Positions 12,808 to 25,122 are shown, numbered from the whole stretch's first letter. The stretch is DNA of 63,993 bases, filler included, from Dugesia japonica (GCA_001938525.1; 6 parts of 6 records of this genome joined end to end with filler, not necessarily neighbours in it), one strand, 5' to 3'. Numbers and translations are program-made. Notes: generated from the letters alone by a model not told the origin.

Positions 12808-14000
12808 CATAAACTAAAATGTCATCTAAGTAAACAATTACACCTTAATACAGCATTCCTTTAAAAATCTAATTCATTAAACTCTGAAAGGTTGCTGGTG
12901 CTGTGCATAAACCAAAGCGCAACCAATTAAAGCAGAATTGCCCAACCTTTGTACTAAAGGCTGTTTTCATTTGTCAATCTTTGTCTAACACAACTTAATA
13001 ATAAGCTTGTGCTAAGTCTATAGATGAAAAAATAGTCGATCCGTTTAAGATATCCAAAGGCGTGTTTATATCGGGTACCGGAAGAGAATTTCTTTAGCTA
13101 CTTCACTTAATCGTCGAAAATTCAAACACATCCGGATAGTATCATCTTTCTTTGGTATTATCACTAAAGGAGAATTCCACGTGCTTTTATATGAACTTAT
13201 AATTTTTGATTCTAAGCAATCTTCAATTAATTGATCTATTGCTTCTTCTATATGCAATAGTTATTTTCTTGGATTTTGAGAAATCAGAGGTCCTTTTGAA
13301 TTCTTATAGGGCTTAATCAATGTAGTGATTCCTAAATAAAAATTAGTTGCCAAAAACATCGATCCATATTTTTTAATAAGGTTTTCAATACATGGAGTTC
13401 TGTTAGCAGCGTAATTTAATGCCGTCTTAACACAATCAAAATCCATATACGTTGTATTTACTTCATAATAATCAAGTTTACTTCTTCCACATAATTTCAT
13501 CATATCGATTCCATCAATAAAACCAGGTAAACTACTTTTAACAAACAAAATTTCTTTTATTATCTTACCAAGACATGATTCATATTTTGAAGAAAAAACT
13601 TGAAAATCTAATGTTTGACTATATTATATTAGGGTCACCAATTCAGATCCAATGTTTTTCACTCATCACTGTTATTGATGCTTCAGAATCCCACAAAATT
13701 TCGATATCACAGCCATTGCAATTCATAATACTCCATTGCCGTCTATTTAACTTCTGAAACATTCAAAATTCTTCATCATTCATCTCATCTTCTTTTTTTC
13801 TATCTCCATTTATTGACACAACTCCATCAACGAGATAGCTACAGGGAGTTGGTACGAATTATTTTCCATTTTGCTATCAACAATATCATGGATTTCAACT
13901 AAATTATTCATCTCGTTCACCTTCCTCATTAACAAATTTCTTCTCCGAGAAAAGATTTAATTCAGCACTAACTTTTTCAATACTGGCTCCCTTAAAACTA
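12808..14000 (-). mobile_element. Ty3/Gypsy protease-RT remnant, cut at YLDDILVY by the P1 terminus
   Basis: VYLDDILV lies at 12810-12835. WNSPLVIIPKKDDTIRMCLNFRRL is in ORF 13066-13257. A protease-like LWDSEAS lies at ~13680-13700. Confidence 0.85.
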
Positions 14001-15335
14001 CCAGTTAAAGCTTTACCAAACTTATCTCTTGGAATATATTATACCATTTATATCCATTTGAATTATTACCTATAATTACCTGTTCTTAAGGTTATTTTAT
14101 GTTTAATAGATTTTTTAAAATTTTTATCCATTTCATAAGATCCAGATCAATTTGTTGAGGTTGATTGTTTATTAAATATTCATTATTATTTTCTGTTACA
14201 TTATAAATTGTATTATGACAACAAAACCAAAGTGTGAAATGCAAATTATCTTAATAATATTAACTAGTTAATACCTGCAAATTATTCTAATAATACTGTT
14301 GTGTAAAGTTTGAATAATCAAAATAAACAAATGCACAATCAAATTTTTAATCAAATTCAAAACATACTCAAAATAAAAGTAATATTCAAACAACATTCAA
14401 ATCCAAATATTTAAATATAACACAAAGTAATCAAAAGTCCTTTAATTATCCAAATTATTATTTCATGCTTTTTTAGCTGCTAATAGTTTTGCTAATTCTG
14501 AAAATAAAAATATACCGTTGAGCAACACTCATTTAAATTAAAAACCTTTACCAATTTTGGATCTTTCTAAAAGAGCTAATGTTAAACGTGGTATGCCTGT
14601 ATATTTAATATTTGNNNNNNNNNNNNNNNNNNNNNNNNNNNNNNNNNNNNNNNNNNNNNNNNNNNNNNNNNNNNNNNNNNNNNNNNNNNNNNGTATAATT
14701 TCATGTACTCCTATTGTAAAAATATTTTATCTACTTGATTTTTATTTATTTAATATTTATATAAATGATCATCAATAGGAAAACAATTGTTTACAACTTT
14801 TGCATTTCATACAATTAAGAGGATGCAAGTTCTATTTAGATTGATTTATTAGGCATTCACTCATACTGACACTCAAACTGATTTCAAAATAAATTGAAAA
14901 ATACAATAATAAATGGGAATATTGATATTAATAACATACACATTAAATTATTCATAGTCAACATTAATTGTAAACTTAACAAAGAATTTATTCTTGATCC
15001 AAGCGGTTGGAATTCATAAAAATATTTACACTGTTTTCTTTTAGATTAGTGTTGTAATTGTTATAATTTATTCGTAGTGTGTCCATTAAATTGCTTTGTT
15101 TTAATTGTGTTCTGAGCTGTCAGAGGAAATGTATTTATTGAATGAGGTTATTAAACATTTATTGATTGCCGTTTAGAAAAACTGTATTTAAAGTTTGTCC
15201 GACTTGTTTTTTAATCCATATTTATGAAAATAATTCAATCATTAAATTATTTATTAAAACTACTATTGATTACGCAATATTATTAATTTGANNNNNNNNN
15301 NNNNNNNNNNNNNNNNNNNNNNNNNNNNNNNNNNN

Positions 15336-15347
15336 TTAATTAATTAA
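15336..15347. other. Artificial scaffold spacer TTAATTAATTAA between N runs
   Basis: An identical 12-mer with stops in all six frames, flanked by N runs. It recurs at 24144, 33743, 44934 and 55258. Confidence 0.95.
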
Positions 15348-15907
15348 NNNNNNNNNNNNNNNNNNNNNNNNNNNNNNNNNNNNNNNNNNNNATTATCGTC
15401 GGCAACATTCTTAGCCTTGAAGTTTTCTTGTTACTATTTTTCTTCTAGTTGAAATTGCACTCTATTAGCTTCTATATCATTACTTTTAATTAGCGATTAG
15501 TTCCTGTATATATATTTCTCTTTTCTGTATTTTTCATTTCTCTTTAACTTATCAATGTGAATTTTATACCACTGAAGCCANNNNNATTCAAAGAGATTTT
15601 GTTTCATAAGACGGGATACCGCATAGTCCCGCTGAATTCGGGAATGGGGGATCGTGATGCAAGAGAAGGCATCACACAAATTCTTGCGGCTACTAGGTAT
15701 TATCCCCCAGACGTAAATTTCAATCAGAAATATGAAAAATCGATTAGTAGATAAGAAAAGAAAATAACATCTAAAGCCTAAAAGCCCAACACAATGATAT
15801 TTTAAATTTACAAATAAAATTAACACATTAAAAAATTTACTCTTTTAAAAATACTTAATAGTATTCAAGAATATTTAATTAAACCATCAAAACCTTGAAG
15901 CCCAAGA

Positions 15908-16100
15908 AAAATTATAATTTTTTAAAATTTTTTTGTATTATTAAAAATAACCAAATGTAATTACCAAATTATTAAAATGATGAATAATATTTATATTTTT
16001 AAGGAATTTCAAGCAAAGAATGAAAGAAAATTTTGTGAAAACAATTGGGAAGTCGAAACTTTGATTTTGAAAAGAAAACCAAAAATTTATAAAAAGTCAA
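15908..16100 (+). pseudogene. Diverged duplicate of the 5' flank and first ~40 codons of the 601-aa gene
   Basis: ATTATTAAAATGATGAATAATATT...CAAGC.AAGAATGAA.GAAAA.TTTGTG...GAAACTTTGATTTTGAAAAGAAAA matches 16269-16459. Confidence 0.85.
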
Positions 16101-16337
16101 ATTATTTTAGAAAGGTGTAAAATTTTTGAAAGAATCAATTGTTTTAATGAATAAAGTTGGATTGGAAATTATCTTAATTATATTGTTTCACTAATATAAT
16201 TTATATTATTTATTTATTTATTTAATATTAGTAATTATTTTAAGAAATTTTATCCAATAAAATTAATTAAAATTATAATTTATTTAAATTTTTTTCTATT
16301 TTTAAAACAAATCAGGTTTAATTAACAATTTATTAAA

Positions 16338-18143
16338 ATGATGAATAATATTAATATTTATAAAGAAATTCAAGCGAAGAATGAAGGAAAAATTTGTGTG
16401 ACAAATTTAGAAAATGAAACTTTGATTTTGAAAAGAAAATCACTTTTACAAAAGTCGAAAGCAAAAGAACAAAATGAAAATGAAATAACAATTGAAACAT
16501 TTCATTATGAATTAGATGTGAAACCTTCGACGTGTTGTAGTTTGGAAAATGATAAAGATCAACTTATTCTTGAAATCTCTAAAAATTCAATTGGTGAAGA
16601 AATAATTATAAACAGAAATAAAGGTTCACCCAAAAAAATAATTGATAAAAGTATTGAAAAAAAGCAGAACAAAGAATTTAAAAGAAATTTATCAACTTTA
16701 GAGAAGTTAAAAGCAATTAAAAGATATGATAAAGGGGAAACATTGAAAAGTATTAGTTGTGATATCAAAGCAAGCACATCAGCTATTTTACTTTGGTATA
16801 AAAATAAAGAAAACATACAAAATATCTATTTAAAGTCTTCTGATAAAATAGAAGAAGAAATAATTGAAGAAAATATTTTCATCAGAAAGCAAAGACAACT
16901 AAAACCTAGTATATCATTTTTAGACAAATTAAAAGCAATTAAAAGATATGAAAAAGGAGAAACATTGAAAAGTATTAGTTGTGATATCAACGTATGCAAA
17001 TCATCTATTTTAAATTGGTATAATAATAAAGAAAACTTACAAAATATCTATTTAAAGTCTTCTGATAATATAGAAGAAGAAATAATTGAAGAAAATATTT
17101 CCATTAGAAAGAACAGACGACCAAAATCAAAAATATCAATTTTAAATAAATTAAAAGCAATAAAAAGATTTGAAAAAGGTGAAACATTGAAAAGTGTTAG
17201 TTCTGCTTTCAAAGTAAGTAAATCAACTATTGTACTTTGGTATAATAATAAAGAAAAACTACTAAAGATATATTCCAAATCTTCTGATAATTCAATTTAT
17301 GAAGTAAATGAAAATAAAGATTTATTTGATGTCAATGATAAAACAGAAGAAGAAATCATTGGAGAAAATATTTGTATCAGAAAAAAAAGACGTCCAAACA
17401 TTAAAATATCAATTTTGGAGAAATTAAAAGCAATTAAAAGATTTGAAAAAGGTGAAACATTGAAAAGTGTTAGTTCTGCTTTCAAAGTATGCAATCCAAC
17501 TATTTTATATTGGTATAAAAATAAAGAAAAATTGCAAAATATTTATTCAAAAACCTTTAACAATTCGATTAATAAGAATTTTCAAGTAAATGAAAATAAA
17601 GATTTATTTGATTTCAATGAAGAAATAATTGAAGAAAATATTTTCACTAGAAGAAAACGAAGGCCAAAATCAAAATTATCAATTTTAAATAAATTAAAAG
17701 CAATAAAAAGATTTGAAAAAGGTGAAACATTGAAAAGTGTTAGTTCTTCTTTCAAAGTAAGTAAATCAACTATTTTACTTTGGTATAATAATAAAGAAAA
17801 ACTACAAAAGATATATTCCAAATCTTCTGATGAAGGTTTATTTGATTTCAATGAAGAAATAATTAAAGAAAATATTTTCACTAGAAGAAAACGACGGCTA
17901 AAATCAAAAATATCAATTTTAGAAAAGTTAAAAGGAATAGAGAAATATGAAAATGGAGACTCAATAACCAAAATTGCTGGTAATTTAAATACTTCACCAG
18001 CAACGATCTGCAATTGGATTAAAAATAAAGAGAAATTATTATCAAATAGATCAAATAATAAAGAATACCAAACGGTTTCATTAAAACGGTCAAATTCAAC
18101 AGAAACAAATTTAAATAATTGTAAAAGAATAAAATTAGAATGA
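16338..18143 (+). CDS. Intact 601-aa protein with six tandem pipsqueak/CENP-B N-terminal HTH repeats and no DDE domain
   Basis: Six repeats of (I/L)S.L.KLK.I.(R/K)(Y/F)(E/D).G..(L/I)..(I/V)...F.V..STI..W..NKE.(L/I), each preceded by a basic tract. The C-terminus KRIKLE is NLS-like. AATAAA lies at 18145. Confidence 0.88.
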   Translation: MMNNINIYKEIQAKNEGKICVTNLENETLILKRKSLLQKSKAKEQNENEITIETFHYELDVKPSTCCSLENDKDQLILEISKNSIGEEIIINRNKGSPKKIIDKSIEKKQNKEFKRNLSTLEKLKAIKRYDKGETLKSISCDIKASTSAILLWYKNKENIQNIYLKSSDKIEEEIIEENIFIRKQRQLKPSISFLDKLKAIKRYEKGETLKSISCDINVCKSSILNWYNNKENLQNIYLKSSDNIEEEIIEENISIRKNRRPKSKISILNKLKAIKRFEKGETLKSVSSAFKVSKSTIVLWYNNKEKLLKIYSKSSDNSIYEVNENKDLFDVNDKTEEEIIGENICIRKKRRPNIKISILEKLKAIKRFEKGETLKSVSSAFKVCNPTILYWYKNKEKLQNIYSKTFNNSINKNFQVNENKDLFDFNEEIIEENIFTRRKRRPKSKLSILNKLKAIKRFEKGETLKSVSSSFKVSKSTILLWYNNKEKLQKIYSKSSDEGLFDFNEEIIKENIFTRRKRRLKSKISILEKLKGIEKYENGDSITKIAGNLNTSPATICNWIKNKEKLLSNRSNNKEYQTVSLKRSNSTETNLNNCKRIKLE

Positions 18144-18591
18144 AAATAAATTTTTATTTTTTTTATTTTGCAATTTAATTTTTATTTTTAAAACCATTTT
18201 AACCATTTAAATATTTTTGTACTTAAATAAATTTCAAATCAAGTTGAATGATTTTTCCAATTTTCGCTCTATTTTACCCAAATATTAATAAATCTCCTAA
18301 AACACTTTAGACACGTCACAAAATGCACTAGATAGATCCGCACTTACTTCTGAAATTAAATTTTGTTTATTTCTTTTATTTTAATTTTTTAGCAATTATG
18401 TTGGCCATTGATTTTCTTTTGATTTTGCATTTTTCGATTTACTTATTTTCATTAAACGTCACTTTATCCACGTCATTGCTGATATTTTTGTTTCTTTGTA
18501 TAATTTGTTGATATAATTTCTTTATATCAAAAGGCTGAAATTAAATATAACAGACGTTGAAAATCCTGAGCAAGAATATAATATAGTAATT

Positions 18592-19189
18592 TGATAAAGC
18601 AATAATATTTGTTTATTTATTGTTTTAATTAATTAATTATTGTTTTTAGAAATTGTTAAAGATATTTTGAAATAAGAATTCTCAGATTACCGATGCGATT
18701 CAGTATATTGCGCTCCTGAAATATAATGGTACTGTAATAAAATATTGATGAAGAATCAATATTATCAATGATTATGTGATTATGATTATAAATCTACCAG
18801 TTGTTTATTTTACCAGTTACACATAATTAAAAGTTTAAAAATTTAAATATAAAGCAATAAATTTTNNNNNNNNNNNNNNNNNNNNNNNNNNNNNNNNNNN
18901 NNNNNNNNNNNNNNNTGATAAAGCAATAATATTTGTTTATTTATTGTTTTAATTAATTAATTATTGTTTTTAGAAATTGTTAAAGATATTTTGAAATAAG
19001 AATTCTCAGATTACCGATGCGATTCAGTATATTGCGCTCCTGAAATATAATGGTACTGTAATAAAATATTGATGAAGAATCAATATTATCAATGATTATG
19101 TGATTATGATTATAAATCTACCAGTTGTTTATTTTACCAGTTACACATAATTAAAAGTTTAAAAATTTAAATATAAAGCAATAAATTTT
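18592..19189. repeat. Exact 274-bp duplication on either side of an N gap (probable assembly artefact)
   Basis: 18592-18865 appears identical to 18916-19189. Confidence 0.85.
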
Positions 19190-19389
19190 CGAATACAGTT
19201 GATAGCGAAAGAATCATCTTTGATGCTATCTTTGCAACACTTTGCTTTGGATCTTCTTTGACTATTTGTTTTAAAACAGTTATCAACAGCAGAAGGTCGC
19301 CGAGTTTTGTCTTCATCATTCCATATAATCATGTAGTATAGAAATTTTCAAATGTTTCCAGATTCAAAACAATTGGTATTTCTTTATTT

Positions 19390-19710
19390 GAACTATTATG
19401 AGTTGCTTAAGAGAAACAAGACAATAACATCTGATATTTATTGCGAACAAACGGTTCACAACAAATGTCAGCAATTTGTGGAAAATGACCTGACAATCGA
19501 CATCACTTGATTTTGCTACATGACAATGTCCGGCTGCATACTTCTAAGCAGATAAAAAATTAGTCATTGAAAAACTCAATTTGGAGATTCTACCTCATCC
19601 GACGTATTTACCAGACCCAGCTGGATTTTTATCTGTTCTTATCTCTATCAAAAGTATGCGTGAAATTTCTTTGAAAATAAGTTTAACCTGCAAAGTTGGT
19701 TCCGGGGCGA
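19390..19710 (+). mobile_element. mariner transposase C-terminal remnant
   Basis: YYELLKRNKTITSDIYCEQ, LILLHDNVRLHTS and LEILPHPTYLPDPA resemble mariner HDNARPH and HPPYSPDLAP. Frameshifted. Confidence 0.8.
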
Positions 19711-20329
19711 TATTCTTGATGAGATCGTCTAGTGTGAACAAGATCTGGATTTTTTAGTGTGCTAGATAAAATAGTTATAAATAGATTCTTTAGAGAAAAA
19801 AATTTAAAGAACTAAATTAAAAATGAAGGCATGTAAAATTTCCGCTTAGAATAAATCAGTAGAAAATTGAACAGAAAAATAATACTAGAAGAATAGAATT
19901 CTTTACCGAGTACTTTTGGTGTGATGAAAAAAATTAGCAACTACACTAGTAACTATNNNNNNNNNNNNNNNNNNNNNNNNNNNNNNNNNNNNNNNNNNNN
20001 NNNNNNNNNNNNNNNNNNNNNNNNNNNNNNNNNNNNNNNNNNNNNNNNNNNNNNNNNNNNNNNNNNNNNNNNNNNNNNNNNNNNNNNNNNNNNNNNNNNN
20101 NNNNNNNNNNNNNNNNNNNNNNNNNNNNNTGTTTATGTTGCTAAGAATTTTACGTTCGTCTTTTAAGTTAAGACCATTGACGTCCCTGAAGAAAGTACTA
20201 TTCTTCAATTGGCAAATTTATAATTCTCCGTTTTTCACATTACGAAGCGATAAGTCAATTATGCCTAATTATTATAAATAAGCATTTTTTAGTTTGCTAT
20301 TTAAATTTTATTATTTTTTAAATCCATAC

Positions 20330-20663
20330 TAAGATGAAAATAACGAGAAATAGCGGTGCTGCTTTAAGAAAAAAAGAGAAATGCGAAGGAAGAAGAAACA
20401 GAAAAAGGTAAAGGACCACTGATTAAACATTTTTAATTGTGAACAAACAAGTAATACTGCAAGTAAAGAAACTAATATTGCTGCACATGAAGTAAATCCT
20501 GCCTCTGAAGAAATCATAATAACTACGTCAAGTTCACGTTCTTTAATAACGAGGAATGAAGTGTCTGAATTTTTGAAGGAAAGTAAGATTTTGTCTTAAA
20601 CAATGTACCAAAGCGGCAATATTTAGATCTTCTGGGGTGACAAATACCTTAGCTACGCCACGG
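20330..20663 (+). mobile_element. Possible hAT-like non-autonomous remnant
   Basis: An SGAA..K basic N-terminal-like fragment. The end ...CTTAGCTACGCCAC resembles CAGTGGCGTAGC-type hAT TIRs. Confidence 0.35.
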
Positions 20664-21194
20664 ATTTTGATTAAATAAGTAATAATAAGTAATAATTCTA
20701 ATTTTAATAATTTTTGACTTCATAATAAACACCAGAACCTTTCAATTATTTAAAATGTATCATTATTATCTGTAAAATATATCGCATAATATTTTAATAC
20801 TAAAACAACAAAATGAGTATTTCTTTACTTACGTATAGTCAGTAAAGAAAACTTCACCTATCCTATGTGATCAAAAATGAATATAAATTTATTTAACAAG
20901 ATTTATGACCAAATATTTCATCACACATTCAACTTTGTTTATTTTATTACCGATTTTATGTTACATAATTTCTAAAAACATAATGTTGGTATTAATATTT
21001 ACCTCTTTCTGGGATTCTCTCGTATCTCATGTAACAAATTCAATTTCAGCAGGTAACTTGAATTTTCAAAATGCAAAAACGATACAAGTTTTATGTTCGA
21101 CTTATATTTTGGTTTTTTTCGCTAACAAATAAATTTTTAGAAAACATTGAAAATTAAAACCAACTGAAAGAGAATGATGAAAATAAAAAAAGAA

Positions 21195-21195
<1 letters not shown>

Positions 21196-21260
<65 letters not shown>

Positions 21261-21340
21261 NNNNNNNNNNNNNNNNNNNNNNNNNNNNNNNNNNNNNNNN
21301 NNNNNNNNNNAATAATAATAATAATAATAATAATAATAAT
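21196..21340. repeat. (AAT)n microsatellite spanning a gap
   Basis: Pure AAT run. Confidence 0.95.
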
Positions 21341-21949
21341 TGTGAGATATGACTAAGAATAATATAATATTTTCATATTGACCTGTATATATTGACTGTA
21401 CATATTGACTGTTTGCATGTGTGTCTGATTTTAGTGTTCAGACATTATTACATAACCGATTCCTCAAAAGCTATACATAATAAATAATAATAATAAAGCT
21501 ATATAATAATAACGATAATAATAATAAATATAATACTTTATTTATTTTGAAATAGAGTAAATTTTAATATAACATTATAGTTGTAAATAAAATTAAAATT
21601 ATTGATAAACTAGATTAAATATTTAAATCAACATGAACAAGTGTATAGATTATAAATGGAAGTGTATGTATGGATCTGCGTTTTGAATTTTATATATACG
21701 GGTGCTAAAAATTAAGCAAACCCGGTAGTAAGATTATCGACGAATAATAATAGCAATTATGAACTTGACAAGCTGTTATCAGTAATGATAATGAGCAATT
21801 ATAAATTTTTAACGAAATCGGCAAATTACGGTAACAGACGTTGTCCCTAAAGATGGGTAAGGTAGGACTTATTAATATGCTACGTAATATCTATTTTTGT
21901 GAAGTAGAATATGCTCTTAAGATATTGCATAAAGATGTTGGTTTTAATA

Positions 21950-23400
21950 GTATAAAATTAAATTTGAAATTGAATTTGAGTATAGAAAACCATTTTCAGT
22001 GCCACTCAGAAGAGCACATGTTTATCAAAAGGCTGTATAAAGCACAACACCATTGTATGTACTATCTTTGAGGAGAAATCCAGGAACTCCTCTCATGAAT
22101 ACATCTAGACTTTCAAATGCTTTTGACTGAAAACCATGCTGTTTCTTATCTATGGTTCTGCTAAATACTAGACTACTCTTGATGGATTCAATCTCATCAA
22201 CTTTGCTGATACTTGTATCTACTGCATATTTACGTTAAGTGACAACATGAATTGGACTAACTTTCAGTCTTACATAATTCAAATACTAATATTCGCACCA
22301 TATTGAAGACATGAAGATCCTCATCAACAACTGCTAAATACTGCACATTCTATTCCTTGACATCTACTAATACTTTAGTGTTACCATTGGAAAAGAAATC
22401 GAACTAACAATAATCAGATTATTCAGACCAATAGTTACATATATAGAAAAAATTCATCACTTCATACTGACATATTGGAAAACTTTCATTACCAACCGAA
22501 TCTTTCTGTTCACTCGTTCAAATTTAAAAATCTACAACATTTCAAATGGAAAATTAACAAACCACCACACTCATGAAATTAATAACCGTCTTTTGTCTAG
22601 GCAGACATCAGAAAACGAATTAAATCCATTTACAGTCTCACATCTTCTGTTTCAAGTGCTTATCTTTACGTTCCCGTGAATTTATGCGGACTTATTGATT
22701 TAAGTGCCATCAAAATATACAATTTAATCCATTTTACCCACATTCCTAAGTTCTAACTGCGACAATATGGAGACTTCAGGCATTATTAACTATACAGCAC
22801 AAACAGGAAAGAAGTGAATTGTACACTCAAACCTGGAATACACACTCGATCTGCTTAATACAAGATGAGAAGGGGAAAGAATTTCAAACAGCACATCTCA
22901 TCTCATGAAAGATCACAAGAAATAACATCAAGTTTATTCTCAATGAACAAAGAATATGTATAAATGTAAATTTCAAACTAGTCAACAATATCATTACAAA
23001 ACTGCACGAAAAGTTTTTATCTACACAACTTGTATCATTTGGATGACATTTTTAATTCGGAAGAAATTAGAGCAGATCACTACGCAACAGCAGTAGCTAA
23101 AGAGAATTTTTCCTCAAATAACAATTTCTTTACGGGTAAATAACATCTCAGAATGGTATTCAATACATCTGACACGAACAGACACTCTACTTGTCAGAAG
23201 TGGATCTCAGAATAAAATCACCTATAAAAGCTGTTGTAAAACACATGTTACTTAGAAACACAAAATTATATCTTGTGCCACTCCCTAAGCAACAAAACTT
23301 TAATTATAAACAGACACAATAGAATTCTATAATTCCTGTTCAAAGCCATTAGCTCTCAGTATCCAATATATCCATAATAAAAGATAAATGATGTCTCTTA
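21950..23400 (+). mobile_element. Highly decayed non-LTR retrotransposon remnant
   Basis: RT-like DF(S)NAFD at ~22108-22128, FAD(D)L-like at ~22200, and a possible Cys/His knuckle remnant near 23230-23280. Boundaries are uncertain. Confidence 0.4.
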
Positions 23401-23700
23401 TCTGCTGAAAATTGTGAGTTGATATATGAATAGAAAAACTAAAAATAAGTTGCATCACTGTCAAATCGTGCTTAAAATCTTAATACTTGGTTGTCAGAAA
23501 AGTTAGTGACTCAAAAATGATAAAAATGATTTAAAAAAATGAGAAAAATTGTCATAAACAACAAAACCTTTCCTTTATTGAAAACAGTGCATCAAGTCAA
23601 ATATCAAATAAAAACAAATTAACATAAATGTTGTAGAACACTTTTATTACTGCAGATTGTCATCAAAGTCGCGCCGATCTACTCCTAATTAATGATGAGC

Positions 23701-24099
23701 AGTAGACAGATAGTAGCGGTCATAGCCAGCACACATTCAGCAAGCGCCCCGCCCCCTTTACGTAATCAAATTTAATAGGATTAAGTGGCTCTACATTTTC
23801 CTGTGTATGTAGTTGGGAAAATTTTTTATGCTTTTTAAGCGGTAATGTGGTGTTACTTTTTTCCCTGTGAGAATTTTTTCACTAGGAATTTATTCGGTGA
23901 GGTCGAATGAGGTCAAATGTTTTCCTCGGCATTGATGATTTTGGGTGATATAGGTGAAATTGGTCCAAAATTTCCTCCGTAAGGTCGAATAAGGTTGATT
24001 TTTGGATGGTTCAGGTGAATTTGGTCAATTATTTCCTCGGGATTGGGTGGTTTGGGTAATTTTTGGGCGTTTTGGTCAAATTTTTTCTTCGGCATTGAT
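23701..24099 (+). repeat. Polinton left terminus/TIR with G/T-skewed subterminal repeats
   Basis: AGTAGACAGATAGTAG...ATAGCCAGCACACATTCAGC is shared with 44772. Degenerate TTTCCTCGG.ATTG / GGTGAA.TTGGTC repeats lie at 23915-24099. Confidence 0.8.
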
Positions 24100-24255
24100 N
24101 NNNNNNNNNNNNNNNNNNNNNNNNNNNNNNNNNNNNNNNNNNNTTAATTAATTAANNNNNNNNNNNNNNNNNNNNNNNNNNNNNNNNNNNNNNNNNNNNA
24201 AATCGTAAATCCTACCTGGGGAGAATGGTTTCAGGGGCACCTTGTAAAATTAATA

Positions 24256-25122
24256 ATGAAGGCAAAATTAATGACTGGACAATCATTAACTAAAATGAAG
24301 CAAATAAGAAAATTAGAATCGAACGAAGATGAAAACTATCCCGAGGCACCCGAGCTTCATCGCAATTATTGTAAACCAAGAGAAATTTTAAAAGTAACAG
24401 TAAGTGAACCCGATGAAACTTGGTCTGCAGATTTAACATTTCATAATAAGCGAGTAATATTAACAGTAATTGATCTTTATACCAGATTTGCATTTGTGGG
24501 ACTTTGTGAAAATAAAACTGGTCCAGTGGTTACTGAAGCATTTAAAGAAATTCTAGAAAATAATAATAGTCGAGCTCCAAATAATTTATGGGTTGATAAT
24601 GGAAAAGAATTTTACAAATCAGCATTTACTAATTTTTGTAAAGAAAATAATATTAACCGTTATTCTACTTATAATGAAGGAAAGGCAATTGTCATTGAAA
24701 GATTAAATCTTACATTTAAAAACAAACTCTTTAAACATTTTACTGTCGCTGGGAATCAACAAATTACTATTAGGTTATTACAAGAAATAGTAGATAACTA
24801 CGACAACACAATTCATTCTTCAATCAATACAACTCCTGCAGAAGCATACAAAACTGGAGAGACAAAAGAACAAGTTCAAAATGAAATANNNNNNNNNNNN
24901 NNNNNNNNNNNNNNNNNNNNNNNNNNNNNNNNNNNNNNNNNNNNNNNNNNNNNNNNNNNNNNNNNNNNNNNNNNNNNNNNNNNNNNNNNNNNNNNNNNNN
25001 NNNNNNNNNNNNNNNNNNNNNNNNNNNNNNNNNNNAAATTAAGGATGAGAATGGTAAAAAAATTCTTGGAAGATTTTATGAGAGTGAGTTACAAAAAACT
25101 TCCTTTTAAAAAGGATGAGTAA
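24256..25122 (+). CDS. Polinton retroviral-like (rve) DDE integrase
   Basis: WSADL, LTVIDLYTRFAF, LWVDNGKEF and KAIVIERLNLTFK form the DDE triad. The C-terminal GRFYESELQK appears in another frame after the N gap. Confidence 0.93.
   Translation: MKAKLMTGQSLTKMKQIRKLESNEDENYPEAPELHRNYCKPREILKVTVSEPDETWSADLTFHNKRVILTVIDLYTRFAFVGLCENKTGPVVTEAFKEILENNNSRAPNNLWVDNGKEFYKSAFTNFCKENNINRYSTYNEGKAIVIERLNLTFKNKLFKHFTVAGNQQITIRLLQEIVDNYDNTIHSSINTTPAEAYKTGETKEQVQNEIXXXXXXXXXXXXXXXXXXXXXXXXXXXXXXXXXXXXXXXXXXXXXXXXXKLRMRMVKKFLEDFMRVSYKKLPFKKDE

Noticed and set aside
16559-18013. Antisense ORFs overlapping the psq-array gene
   Set aside because: They are shadows of the repeated sense-strand codons and show no independent features.
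18592-19189. 274-bp perfect direct repeat as an LTR pair or tandem duplication
   Set aside because: The identical copies abut an N gap, which is typical of an unmerged contig overlap.
21174-21356. Poly-Asn/poly-Ile ORFs (also 53272-54258)
   Set aside because: They are translations of AAT microsatellites and N gaps.
23913-24095. Pro-rich 60-aa ORF
   Set aside because: It is a by-product of G/T-skewed subterminal repeats in the Polinton TIR.
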